Part shown: in pieces, positions 10,649 to 23,640 of the stretch
Numbering within the stretch: the stretch's first letter is position 1
Layout of the letters: each line of letters begins with the position of its first letter
Assembly (NCBI GenBank): GCA_951406725.2
Contig: OX597830.1
Location: 4,650,001 to 4,714,000 of the forward strand
Length of the DNA stretch: 64,000 bases
Source of the DNA: Octopus vulgaris
Taxonomy: Eukaryota
Reading direction: 5' to 3'
Translations under genes and position numbers: made by a program
The notes under the pieces: model-generated
What the model was told of the DNA's origin: nothing
Seen by the model: only the letters and a program-made list of their open reading frames with translations
The model's database searches: none

Positions 10649-12206
10649 TCATCATCATCATCATCATCATTTAGCGTCCGTTTTCCATGCTAGCATGGGT
10701 TGGACGGTTCTGCTGGGGTCTGTGAAGCCAGAAGGCTTCATCAGGCCCAGTCAAATCTGGCAGTGTTTCTACGGCTGGATGCCCTTCCTAACGCCAACCA
10801 CTCCGTGAGTGTAGTGGGTGCTTTTTACGTGCCACCCGCACTGGTGCCAGCCAGAGCTGGCAAACGGCCACGAACGGATGGTGTTTTTTATGTGCCACCG
10901 GCACGAGGGCCAGGCGAGGCTGGCAACGAACACGAAACGGGGCGGTGCTGGCAACGGTCGCGAAACGGAAGGTTCTCTTACATGCCACCGGCACTGGTAA
11001 CACATCTGCAATTTCCATTGATCGATTTCCATTGATCGATTTCGATTCTGATCCTCACTTGCCTCAATGGGTCTTCACAAGCAGAGTTTCGACATGCCAC
11101 CGGCACTGGTAGCACATCCGCAATTTCCATTGATCGATTTCGATTCTGATCCTCACTTGCCTCAACACGTCTTCACAAGTAGAGTTTTGTGTCCCAAGAA
11201 GGAAGGTATGCATACGTAGGCTGGCTCCATCCCATGTAGAAGGCCACGGGTTGTGGACTCACTTGTCCTGCCGGGTCTTCTCGCGCACAGCACACTTCCA
11301 GAGGTCTCGGTCTCTAGTCATTTCCTCGGTGAGACCTAAAGTTCGAAGGTCGTGCTTCACCACCTCGTCCCAGGTTTTCCTGGGTCTGCCTCTTCCACAG
11401 GTTCCCTCAACCGCTAGGGTGTGGCACTTTTTCACACAACTATCTTCATCCATTCTCGCCACATGACCATACCAGCGCAAACGTCTCTCTTGCACACCAC
11501 AACTGATGCTTCTTAGGTCCAGCTTTTCTCTCAAGGTACTTACACTCTGCCGAGTGTGAGTACTGGCATTACACATCCATCGGAGCATACTGGCTTCATT
11601 TCTAGCGAGCTTACGCATATCCTCAGCAGTCACGGCCCATGTTTCACTGCCATGTAGCATGGCTGTTCGTACACACGCATCATACAGTCTGCCTTTCACT
11701 CTGTGCGAGAGGCCTTTTGTCACCAGCAGAGGTAAGAGCTCTCTGAACTTTGCCCAAGCTATTCTTACTCTAGCAGTTACACTTTCAGCACACCCGCCCC
11801 CGCTGCTGACTTGGTCACCTAGGTAACGGAAACTATCAACTATTTCTAGTTTTTCTCCCTGGAAAGTGACAGAAGTTGGTCTCAGAGCATTTTCAGTGTT
11901 TATTGTTCCTGAGCATCTGCCACATACAAAAACCATCTTCCTAGTTAGCCTTCCTTTGACATTGCTGCATCTCTTATGTGTCCATAGCTTACACTTGGTG
12001 CATCTTATAGAGTTTCTACCTACACCTTTTCTACAGATCGAGCAGGGCCATCTACCTGAAGGTGTTTGTGATTTGTCTACCTTCCTACTGATTACGACTT
12101 TGGTTTTAGCTAGATTGACTCTGAGGCCCTTCGATTCTAATCCTTGTTTCCACACCTGAAACTTCTCCTCCAGTTCTGATAGCGACTCAGCAATTAGAGC
12201 AAGGTC
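10647..12206 (-). mobile_element. 5'-truncated young RTE-clade LINE
   Basis: Uninterrupted RT C-terminal ORF, ~600-bp 3' UTR with internal repeats, (GAT)n tail, (TA)n on both flanks. Confidence 0.95.
11259..12206 (-). pseudogene. RTE LINE ORF2 C-terminal part (RT thumb region with Cys/His finger insertion)
   Basis: Frame is open from DLALIAES (immediately after the lost YAD of YADD) through GLRVNLAKTKV, FRYLG, RIAWAKF, LHGSETW, RLRWYGHVARM, GRGRPRKTW and DRDLWK to the stop. Confidence 0.92.
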
Positions 12207-12259
<53 letters not shown>

Positions 12260-12281
12260 TTCACAATATTGTATGCATGTA

Positions 12282-12325
<44 letters not shown>

Positions 12326-12679
12326 TGCCATTCATGTTGAAGGAGATAATGGGAGATAGAGTAAGAAAGATAGTAACATACATCCACTACCCTACAAAGA
12401 TACACACACACACAGACTATACTTATATTCTTTTATAGCATTTCTTTGGATAGTAATTCCTTCCTATATAATGTGTTGACATTGAAATGGTTTCATCATG
12501 CTAATGCCATACCAAACACACACACACACACACATATAGACCGTAAATAAACACACTCACAAACATGAAAATAAAGAATTATGCTCAATCTAATTTTATT
12601 GTATGTTTTATGTATGGAAGTCATTCATCGCTCATTTATGACCTGGTCACTGATATAGTCTGCCTCACACTTTGTGGTA

Positions 12680-13249
12680 TATTTATATATGTATATATAT
12701 ATATATACACACACACATGTGTGTGTGAATGTGCTTATATATATATATATATGTATAGGTATATGCATATATGTATATATGTGTATATATATATATGTAT
12801 AAGCATATATATATGTGTGTGTGCATATATATGTGTATATGTATATGTATATGTATGTATATATGTATCTACATATATGTATATATATGCATGTGTGTGT
12901 ATATATATATATATGAATATGCATATATATGTGTGTATATATATGTATATATATGCATATGTATATATATGTACATATATATGTATATATATGCATATGT
13001 ATATATATGTATATATATATGTATATGTATATATATGCATATGTATATATATGTATATATATGCATATGTATATATATGTATATATATATGCATATGTAT
13101 ATGCATATATATGTGTGTGTGTTTATATGTATATATATATATATCTATATGCATATATATGTACTTATGTGTATATGTATATGCATACATATATATGTAT
13201 ATATGTGTATATGTATATGCATATATATACACACACATACACACATATG

Positions 13250-13290
<41 letters not shown>
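12680..13290. repeat. Long compound (TA)/(TG)/(TGCA) microsatellite tract
   Basis: About 600 bp of alternating purine-pyrimidine sequence; source of the spurious Y/I/V/C/M-rich ORFs. Confidence 0.95.
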
Positions 13291-14504
13291 TTCACACAAT
13301 CATATACACATAAACAGGTATGTATATCAACATATGTAAGCATATACACACCCATATGTAACCTACTTGCTGACATTTTTAAAAATATTGCCACATTAAT
13401 GACTCAATTTCTTCCATTGAGATGTCTCTCTATATTTATAACCATCAAAATATTAGTAGTTTTACATTAACTTGAAAGGAATCTTCCTCTCTTACCAATG
13501 TTTTTATGGCAGCTATTATAATTTCAAAATATCCACCAACACTCTCTGCAATTCGAAAATAACTTTAGATTTTCGAATAAATTTCCAATTAGTTCAGTTG
13601 ATAACATTTATTTATCCTTTTCTTTTTTATTTTTTTGAAATTTAATTTCTCCAAAAACATTCTGTTTCAAACTAAAACAATCTTGTAAAAATTATAAGCA
13701 ATTTAATTATTGTATAATTTCTACAAAGTTTTCTCGAGTTAATTATATTTTTCCTGTTTTTTTTTCAACTGATGATGATATCAGTTTCTTTCCCAATACA
13801 TCATTATTATTTTTTTTATTATTAAATATATAATTAATTTGTAAGTCAATCAATTGCTTTATTAATTTCGTGTATCAAAGTTATTCTCGTTCGATTATTA
13901 TTAACAGCTAACTTTGATGACTTTTGCGAAAATATCCTAGCAAAACAATTACAGTTATATATTCAAATATAGGATATTAAACTGCCTTCGTTACCTCACC
14001 ATATAAAATTGGATTTATTGAAATTAACTTCTTTTTTTTTTGTTGTTTTCTTGAGTACTTCAAAATATATTCTATTAATTCATTTAACAACAACAGCAAC
14101 AACTAGAATGAAAGCGATGTCAAAAATTAATCTAATAAACTGATTTAAATTTAAATAACTTATTAAATTAAATAACTGAGATTTGGATTATAAAATTGAT
14201 TTTATTAAATGATTTCCATCAAAATAATTAGCTTACAGTAACTAAATTAATTCTAAAAAATATATTGTCTCTATAATTTTATGTTTATGATGATGAGGAG
14301 GATGATGATGAAGGGGTGGAATAAGAAAGAGAAATATGTTGCTAATGGTGGTGGTGGTGGTGATCCTGGTGGAGGTGGTAAACTGTATTGTGACAATGTA
14401 AGAGATGATGGTTTGAGAGTATTTTCATTAAATGATGATGATGATGGGGGTGGTAGTGATAGTGGTGGTAATGTCTACAGGAATACTACTAATAATAATG
14501 GTTT

Positions 14505-14690
14505 CAAATTTTGGCGCAAGGCCAGAGATTTTGGCGGAAGGCAGTTAGTTGATTACTTTGACCCCAAGTACTTGACTGGTATTTTGTTTTATGGATCCCA
14601 AAAGGATGAAAGGCAAAGTTGATCTCAGCAGGATTTGAACCCAGAACATAAAAACCAAAAGAAATGCTGTTAGGCATTTCCTCAGATGCC
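14505..14690 (-). mobile_element. SINE family A variant, degenerate
   Basis: aaattttggcgcaaggccag...gacccc...aaaggatgaaaggcaaagttgatctcagcaggatttgaac. Confidence 0.7.
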
Positions 14691-14897
14691 TTAATAGTAA
14701 TAATAATAATGATAATTATAATAATGATAATAATAATAATGATAATAATAATAATAATAATGATATTGATAATAAAAATATTCAGATTGTTTTCTTTTTA
14801 AATGGGGATTTTTAATAAGATAAATTAAGCTGAATGTTTATTCACACACACAGATATCTGCTTACACACACACTCCCACTCACACACACACACTCAC

Positions 14898-15058
14898 CCA
14901 CCCACACACAGAAATTATATCAAACATGTGGCCGTATTCTGTAGCTTGTAGGTTCTCTTTTGATTTCATCAAAGATCGATGCTGAATGAAACAAAAGTCA
15001 ATGTCATGGTAATAACCATTTCTCTTGAAACTGGAATACCTCTCTTGTCTAAACAGTC
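14898..15058 (-). CDS. Candidate exon (LFRQERYSSFKRNGYYHDIDFCFIQHRSLMKSKENLQATEYGHMFDIISVCGW)
   Basis: cttttgtgtag acceptor, tgg|gtgagt donor, 53 open codons in unique sequence; no recognised homology. Confidence 0.3.
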
Positions 15059-15641
15059 CTACACAAAAGCAGTGCTTTATTTATCCTACCCTTGGGTACC
15101 AAGGTATCTAAATAACCACACTGTGATTCCAGTGATCTTTGAGCCAACAATCTCTTTGATTATTAAATCATATACACATAATGCACATTTTATCATGGCG
15201 ATCATCAATACCACCATCACCAAAGTACCACCACCACCACCGCTACTGTCACCTTCATCATAATCAGTTTTCTGTTTGCTTTCCATGCTAACATGATTTC
15301 GACAAGTAGTCAGGGTCCAAACCAGTTCTTATTTAGATTTCCTGCCCTCCTAGATGTGTTAAAGGTATGTTTTCCTCAAATATTTCATTTTTGGTTTGGT
15401 TTTTCCTACTTTACACAATGAACTGGTTCATTTTACCATAGCACCAGCACATTCTATCCTACATAACTAAACTACACACACTACATTATGCCATATTCAT
15501 TCCCTTATTCATACTATTTATCTATCTGTCTGCCTGCCTGTCTATCTAATCTATTTATCCCTCTATTTATCTATCCATACATACATATATTTATTTACAC
15601 ACACATATATATATATATATATATGTATGTATATGTATATA

Positions 15642-15853
15642 CAGTACCCTCACCATATCGTGGTTTATTATTTAAGCTTATGTCGATTCCTCCATGGTGT
15701 TGTTTTGCTTTTATAATAAAATAAATATATACAAATTATAAAAATAATATAAAATATATACAGTACAGTATTATTTCCACTTCGTGGATTTGCACCTATA
15801 CCTATCGTGGAGGATTTTGGAATGTAACACCCATGATAGTTGAGGGATTACTA
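15642..15853. mobile_element. Tigger/pogo-like MITE
   Basis: Imperfect terminal inverted repeats CAGTACCCTCACCATATCGTGG ... CCATGATAGTTGAGGGATTACTA flanked by TA, with an AT-rich interior. Confidence 0.7.
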
Positions 15854-16317
15854 TATATATATATATATATACATACACAGACACACACACAAATATATAC
15901 ATATATACACACATAGACGACTATATATATATATATATATATACACATATATACACGCACACACATTCGGACGTGTACACCTACAGTGAATAAACTTATA
16001 TTTTCCTCTGTTTGGTTTATGATAAAACAACTACTTCTTTCCACTTGCTTTGAAAGAATTTCATGTTACTTCACCTTCTTTACATAGAAACAGTAAAAAC
16101 TGTTAAAGAGTTCTTCAGCCTTGTCTGCACCCACCCTCACCAATAAATCACTCGGCATATGGGTAGTAAGGTTGATGCCATTTCACTGGGTTTCTATCTT
16201 TGGAGACTGATGAAATAAGATAGCAGCTATTTGACAAGAAGGTAAGGGTTGACAACAGCTAAAGCATCCACTTGCAAAAGAAAGCCTTCATAATATGTAC
16301 ATTTAAGCTAGCTGTTA

Positions 16318-16700
16318 TCTTTTACCTGTTTCAGGTATTACACTGTGGTCATGCTGGAGCACCACACAGAAGACATTTTAGTCGAGCAAATCAAGCTTAG
16401 TATTTTTTTTGGTGGGGGGCCTGTTATTTTGCTGAACCTCTAATTCATAAGGATGTAGGATGTAAACAAACCAACACCAGTAATCAAGTGGTAGTGGGGA
16501 CCCACAAACACACACACACATACATATGCATGTATGTATACATCAGGCTTCTTTCAGTTTCCATCTACCAAATACACTTTCAATGCTTTGGTCATTCTGA
16601 GGCTGTATTAGAAGACACATGCTCAAGCTGCCACATTGATTGAACCCAGAACCATGTGGATGGGAAGCAAACGTTTTACCACACAGTCATTCCTGCGCAT
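16318..16700 (-). mobile_element. SINE family B copy
   Basis: catgctggagcacc...ggcttctttcagtttccatctaccaaat...gaacccagaaccatgtgg...ttaccacacagtcattcctgcgc. Confidence 0.75.
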
Positions 16701-17519
16701 ATGCAAAATGCTACGCTAGTTTGGAAAGAAAAATGGATGTAAAACCAACTAAATGTGAGTGTGTTTGAAAATGCACACACACACACAGTTTTTATAGAAG
16801 TAGCTGCAATGAATTCTTGATGTATAAAATATCTACAGCAAATATCATTGTGAAAGGCAACACTTTAACCAAAGGGTAACAAGTTGTTAATATTCTAGAC
16901 AGCATCTTTAAGATTGCAAGTATACTGTAACTCAAATTTTCTAAATTCTTCTAAAATGTTTCTTGAAGCGCTATCAAACACAACCATATTAATATCTAAA
17001 TAAATTATAGGAAAGATTCGTTTGAGAAGCAATGCAACTTAATAAAATATTACATGTTTTACAGTTAAGACTTGACAAAAGATTAACACATTACGGTTTC
17101 CAATAGCATACTTCTTTCTTTCTTTCCTTCTTTCCTTCCTCCCTTTCTTTCTTTCTATATTTCTTTCTTTCTCTTCCTAATGCATGGAATATATAAGTTA
17201 GGTTTCACAATGTAGAAACTAGCAAGACATTTGACCCGGCAGGAAAAGGAAACTTGCTTTTAGTATATATATCACTGCACTTTAGCGCTACCAATTTATT
17301 TGGTTTTTGACTTATATAGAATAAAAACTGGGTTGAAGTAAAAATATCTTAGCTCCAATCAATAATTCATATACCAAAAACTTCGTTTTTCACCCTCACT
17401 GCAAAAACCCTGCACAATGTTATAAATTTGATCAAATACATGAGGAGAATTCAGCTCGGGAAAAAAAAAAATAATGAAAATAAAAATAAAAACCTAAAGT
17501 GAAAGCTTCTTATGCTGTT

Positions 17520-17787
17520 GTGATGATGATGATGATGGTAAGGGGGAGGAGGGGGAAGATGTTGATGGTGGTGACAACTATAGTGATGATGATATTGGTG
17601 GTGAGGGTAGTGTTGATGATGATGGTAGTGGTGGTGGAGGTGGTGTTGGCGATGGAGGCGGTAGTTATGGTGGTGTTGATGGTGATGATGATGACAGGGA
17701 GGAGGGGAAAGATGTTGATGGTGGTGTTGTTGATTGTAGTGATGTTGAGGATGATGGTAGTAAAGGTGGTGATGATGATGATGATGC
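17520..17787. repeat. (GAT/GGT)n low-complexity trinucleotide tract
   Basis: Mixed gat/ggt repeats with an internal duplication of gggaggaggggRaagatgttgatggtggtg; explains the His-rich and Val/Met-rich ORFs. Confidence 0.9.
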
Positions 17788-18499
17788 ATTTGAACAAGCA
17801 GAATTGCTGTATCAGTTTTTCTGTTCTTTTTATTTCGGGAGTCTATCAATGTAAAACCTGATGCAAATTTGTTTTCGTGTTTGAAATAGTTAAATGTCAA
17901 ATAATATATATTCGTGCACATGCAAATATGTGCGCAAACACTTGTGTATACACATGTGTGTCATTGTGCAAGCATGCAAATATATGCACATGTATCAGAG
18001 AGAGAGAGAGAGAGAGAGAGAGTGTGTTTGTATGTGTGTTTAAATTTTCTTGGAATTGGAAATGTTCCCATTTTGAAGTGCTTCTTAGTCTGTCATTCTG
18101 AAAGATATTTATTTAAATGGTTAAGATTAATTCTCTTGTAGAACTATGCAAAGAAAAAGTTGTTCAATCTATTTGGCATCAATTGATTTGGCAAATCTAA
18201 TGGCAGAGACGCTCTTTTGTTTAAATTTCTAACGTGATAAGATCAGGAGGTGAACTTTCTGAGATTTGGAGGAACCAAACTCAAAGATGTCTTTTTAGAA
18301 CTATGAAAGGAAGTGACCAATTTCTGAAGCTAATCACCATCTATCCATGAGTCATTTACAAATTATTCTACACTAATTCAGAAGCACTACAAACTTTGAC
18401 AAGAATAAATTTAATTTTGTAGTCTAAAGAACAGAATTATCCCGACAGACAATTGTATTTTGTTACCTGAATAATTCCGTTCATGTCCCTAGTTTCATT

Positions 18500-18700
18500 T
18501 ATATGGTGTGCATTTGCTTGTACCTCTGTCTAGACACCATGTGATGGTTGTAAAGGAGCATCTCTGTCATGCAAGCAAGGTTGTTTGCTTCCAGTCTTTT
18601 GTGAAAAGCATGTTTGGCCAAGAGAAAATATTATGTTTCTTGGAAACAGGTGAAGGTTAGTGACAGGAAAGGTATCCAGCTGTAGAAAATCTGCCTCAAC
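18500..18700 (+). mobile_element. Short element ending in an RTE-like 3' motif
   Basis: Ends gtgacaggaaaggtatccagctgtagaaaatctgcctc, matching the RTE 3' UTR motif ggaagggcatccagccgtagaaa. An opposite-strand relative lies at about 28610-28850. Confidence 0.5.
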
Positions 18701-19776
18701 AAACAATCAATGTGTGTGTGATTACTATTTAAAAAAAGCAATTCCCTGTGAAGGCTTTAAACACATAAATTACTTAAGTTCCCACAATGAATAGTAAGAA
18801 CTCCTTTTTATAACTGGTCAAAAATCTCCATTGTGTCCGAGGAAGGGCATCAAATTGGCAACAGAGACAGAAGAGTTTGTTCCAAGGTGGTTGTGGATCA
18901 AGAGATGCAAATCACAGAAGGGTAGAATCAACCACCAGAAAACATTACTGATGATCTTTTCAGGTAGATCGCAGGATGCCAAGCTATTTTTTAAAATCAT
19001 TTCCCCATATTTCGTTGTTCTATGAGTAGACTATTGGTGCAAATATTTCACTTTTGGCCATTTTGCAATGGAATTCTTCAAAGTAATTAAATCATCAAAC
19101 AGTATTTCCAACTCTGTAATCTACAGACATTTGACTGAGCCAACAATAAACATCTCAACATCTCACCATAGACGTCCAGCCTGCTAGAAAGAGCAACCAA
19201 ATCTCCATCAAATCATACTCTACTATCTTTAGCCTTTCATGTACAACTACGTGGGACATGTAACCAGAATATACTTTAATTATATATTTAGATTTACAAG
19301 TGCTTTTTTTTGGTTTGCGATTTTGAGTGTGTGTGTGTGTGTGTGTGTATTCAGATCAGATTATGCTGCAAAATATTGATCATCATCATATTATTATTAG
19401 TATTATTATTATCATCATTATAATTTGAAACATCAATTACAATATTGTAAGACTGCAGCAAGCATTTTAATGCAATAGTGACTATTAATTAATGATAAGC
19501 CGCTTACTGCAGGATAATTGGTCGCAAATGCATTCAGTTTCATTTAGTATCAAATGACTTAACACTGTTAATGAAGACTGTTCTAGATATCGTTAGATAA
19601 TTTGTTTAGTGTTGGCTAAATTGGCCATGTATTGAAATTCAGGCCAATATATGGCAGTGGTTAGTAGAGTTGAAGGAATCTCAAAAGGCAGGTCAATATT
19701 AATTTAATAAACAGACCAATGAATTTCTTCGCTTTTTCCTTTTTGATTTTGGGTTCAGTTTTGTCATGTTATTGCA

Positions 19777-19808
<32 letters not shown>

Positions 19809-19819
19809 ATATATATATA

Positions 19820-20130
19820 GGTTTACCATGATTTCTTAGGCTGAAACTGGGACACCCTTCACATTTTAGATATCATAGTTACAGATTTCGTTTTTGGATT
19901 TGGTTTGCAAGATTCTTTAAGTGAGTTCATGTGTTGAAACATATTCTGCTGTGTCTGGAGAGGGTCATTCTCTTTTTAGGGCCTTATAATTTAACACACT
20001 CACTGGTAAAATTTCCACTCATAAAAATAAGTAAGAATAAATAAGTAAATGAGTGGAAATTTTACCGGTGTGTGTGTTAACTTATAAGGCACTAAAAGGG
20101 AATGACTCTCCCCAGACACAACAGAATAGT
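19820..20130. mobile_element. Fold-back element related to the outer arm of 6955-7909
   Basis: Inverted arms 19942-20022 / 20049-20128. The left flank gattc..gtgag/a.t..tgtgttgaaaca..t.t..tgt.t.tgg...ggtcatt resembles 6962-7020. Confidence 0.65.
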
Positions 20131-22329
20131 TACAGATATCTATATAAAAGCTCTTAGAAAGTAATTTTTCCTTACATGTTATGTGCATTTTTTTTTACCT
20201 TCTTATAATAAGTTGCTGAACTTCAAGCAATAAGTGTTAGAGACATGCTCAGGTATTTATTCATAATCTGTAAGAACTAAAGAAGGAAAAAGATTAAATT
20301 TCATTAGTTTTGTAATGTATTCTGAATCCTGCAAATCAGAAATGTTTAATCACTCAATCTAGGTATTAGCAAAATGTCTTTAGCCTACAATACCTACCTA
20401 CTTCATGACATTAGAGTGCTGTTATGACATAGGCACATCATGTATTCATTGGACTTAGGGCTAAGAAACAACAGTTAGCTGATAGCATTGACAATATCAA
20501 GCCTGCTGTATTATTGATTCAGGTTAATTTCTAAATAGAATGACTGAAGAGGCTAATACCTAGTGTCACCTGCTACCTGAAAGATTAATAGTAAAGTGCA
20601 GAAGAAAAAGACATTATTATAACTGAGTCTGGTAAAGAAAGAAAAATAAAAGACAAGGAACACAACACCAAAAGGTAATTGAATTGAAATATAGAAAGTT
20701 GTGGGGAATGAGTCTGATTTTTGATAGTGTGCAATATGATGCCAGACGCATTTTATTTCTTTAGCAAAATGGTTTAACCATTATCCCTCTCAAATGATCC
20801 ACTTCACTCTTCACTCTATATTTAATTACATTTGTGGCTGATGTTGTTGTTTTATGCTGCTTGGGAAATATTCTGACCTTCTCTATTAACATTTTGCTTC
20901 GATATTGAGTGAAAACAATTTTATTTGCAATATTGTCTGTCTTGAAATCTTCACTTCATCTCAAGAATTTTCAAAGAATTAAAATAAGAAAACTAACTTT
21001 TCTAATAATACACAAGTGGAAGCATTAGTTTGTTGTTGCTGTAATGATTTAGCACAGTAATTAATCGGGGGATGGGGTGGGGGTCACGTCTGGAATCATA
21101 TTTTATTACTTCACACTGGAATTGGTTTGGTCTATTTAAATCACACATCATTTGCTCTATATTTACATTTCTATTTATTTTTAATAATTAATTATTGTAT
21201 TACACACTTAATTGTATAATATATTTATGACTTGTTAACTAATAGACTACTCTCCCCCCTCTCTCTCTCTTTCTCTCAAATCATTATTAGAACAAGATTG
21301 TCAAAGTGATTCAATCATTTGATCAATCAATCATAAATGTTAATGATCTAAGGTCAGATAAGACTGACGAAAGTAAGATATTACAGCACCACTGACCCCA
21401 CTACCACCACCACCACCACCACTACCACCACATCCTAATATACCGTCGCTACCCCCACACCTCACTCTCCTCAAGATGGAAGGCTACAACAATGAACATC
21501 TACAAATAAATATATTATTGATTTTAATATAAACTCATTACAAGTAATAATAACAAATGTTGTTCTGTTTCCTATTTCTTCAGTTTATATTTTATGATAT
21601 TTCAAACCATTTATTATCCTCGTCTCATTCATCTAATGTTTCTTTCCTAATTATCGTTATCTCTTATTGACAAATCTGGCTGTTGCAGTCACTTGATTAC
21701 ATTTCTGAAGAAAGAATATTTCTGTTTTTGACATTCTTCTGTTTGTCTTTCTACTCTTTTCCTCTTAACTAAAACAGGTGGTTGAGCTCGTTAAAATGAC
21801 AGATAGGTCTCTTGCACACAAACCGAATTTCTCATTAGATTTCCAACCTGCTCTTCAATACTGTATTTTTGGTTTTGTTTTTTTTTTCATCCTGACATTG
21901 TCTTTTTCATTTATTTAGTATCTCAGGTGGGTTTTAATCAACTTCACAAAACTATATTTAATCAGTTATTAGTTATTTTACATATAAATAAAGGAAAAAA
22001 AAATTAGTTTTATTTATTATAGTTGTTGTTGTTGGTGGTGGGGTAGTTGGCTGGAAGGCTTGTTAGAGTATTGGTTTAAAAATATTTTGTAGTATTTCTT
22101 CAGTTATTTTTTGTTTTAGTTTCAAATCTCACTGAAGTCACCTTGACCTCTCATCCGACCTAGGTCGATCAAAGCAAGTACAACTCAAGACCCAGGTCAA
22201 TTTAATCAACTAACACCATTTATCAGATTTTCACAAGCCTTATGTTGACATTAGAATCTGATATTATTGTTGCTGTTGTTGTGGAGGTAATGCAATGTCA
22301 GAATCATTAATTTCTGGTCTTTGTCTTGC

Positions 22330-22597
22330 AAGCAACTCGGTGACTCTGCTGGTGCCATGTTTATATGTGGCACCAATGTTGGTGCCACATATAAAGCACT
22401 GGTGCTAGTACCATGTAAAAAGCACTCAGTATACCCTGTAAAAAGAGTTGGTTATTAGGAAGGGCCTCTAGCCATAGAAACCAAAACAGACAGATGGAGC
22501 CTGGTATGGCTTCCATCCATACCAGCTCCAGTCAAACCATCCAACCCATGCTAGCAAGGAAAACGGACCATGAATGATGATGATGATGATGATGATT
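22330..22597 (+). mobile_element. RTE 3' UTR fragment with (GAT)n tail
   Basis: ggtgccac/atgtaaaaagcac repeats, aggaagggc...ccaacccatgctagca.ggaaaacggac, then (gat)n. Confidence 0.75.
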
Positions 22598-23640
22598 AGC
22601 GTTGGACAAAATGTTTGTCAGTATTACGTCCAACTCTTTAGCTTCTGAGTTCAATACATGACCAGGTCAGCTCCCTCTTAGGTATATTTTTATAAAAATA
22701 GGGGTTGAAGCTATCAACTAACTCCCCTCCTACTAAACTTCTACAAATGATAAGCATTATTCTAATTGTTGTTGTTGTCAAAGCAGTGAACTTGCAGAAT
22801 CGGTTGAGTGTCAGAGAAGTATGCCTTGCAATAACTATTCCTGTTCTTTACATTTCACCTCGTTTGGGTAGTGGTGGTCATGGTGGCAGGGATAAAATAA
22901 AGTACCAGTCAAGTACAGATTTGATATGTAATTGGCTATTTTCTCCATCCCCAATCCCTAACCTTCTGCTTAAACTATCATCATCATTATTATTATTATT
23001 ATTACTATTATTATTATTATTATTATTATTATTGTGGCAAGCAGGTAGAATCATTAGCACCCCAGGCAAAATGCTTAGCAGTATCTAATCTCTCTTTACA
23101 TTCTGAGTTCAAATCCTGCCAAAGTTGACTTTGTCTTTCATCCTTTTGGGGATAGATGAATTAAGTACCAGTGAAACACTGGGGTCGATATGATTAGCTA
23201 GTCACCTCCCACCAAACTTCAGACCTTTTGCCTTTAGTAGAAAGGGCTATTATTATTATTATTATTGATATATTATTATCAACTAAGCAGGGAGCTGGCA
23301 GAACCATTAGCATGCTGGGTAAAATGCTTAGCGGTATTTTGTGTCTGCCACTATGTTCTGATTTCAAATTCTGCTGAGATCGACTTCGCCTTTCATCCTT
23401 TCGGGGTTGATTAAATAAGTACCAGTTATGCACTGGGGTCAATGTAATCAACTTACTCCTACCCCAAATTTCAGGTCTTGTGCCTATAGTAGAAAGGATT
23501 ATTATTATTACCAGTAGTGTTGTGGCAAGCTGGCAGAATTGGTAGCACGCTGGACAACTGCTTTTTTGGTATAACATCTGTCTTTATGTTGTAAGTTCAA
23601 ATTTCACCAAGGTCATCTTTGCCTTGTGTTCTTTCAGAGT
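22598..23640 (+). mobile_element. Head-to-tail cluster of about 5 SINE family A copies
   Basis: Repeated gcagaat..ttagc / gagttcaaat / tttcatccttt.gggg units starting near 22600, 22785, 23035, 23290 and 23525, separated by (ATT)n tails. Confidence 0.75.

Noticed and set aside
12565-13470. 301-aa ORF and overlapping ORFs rich in Y/I/C/V/M/H/T
   Set aside because: Translation of TA/TG microsatellites, which lack stop codons. The same applies to the ORFs near 6250, 8050, 38700, 43000, 47400, 53650, 61300 and 63550.
17451-17921. His-rich and Val/Met-rich ORFs
   Set aside because: Arise from a (GAT/GGT)n tract that is open in several frames on both strands; no splice support.
18780-19125. Protein-like unique sequence on the minus strand
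   Set aside because: Stops interrupt every frame and no motif was recognised.
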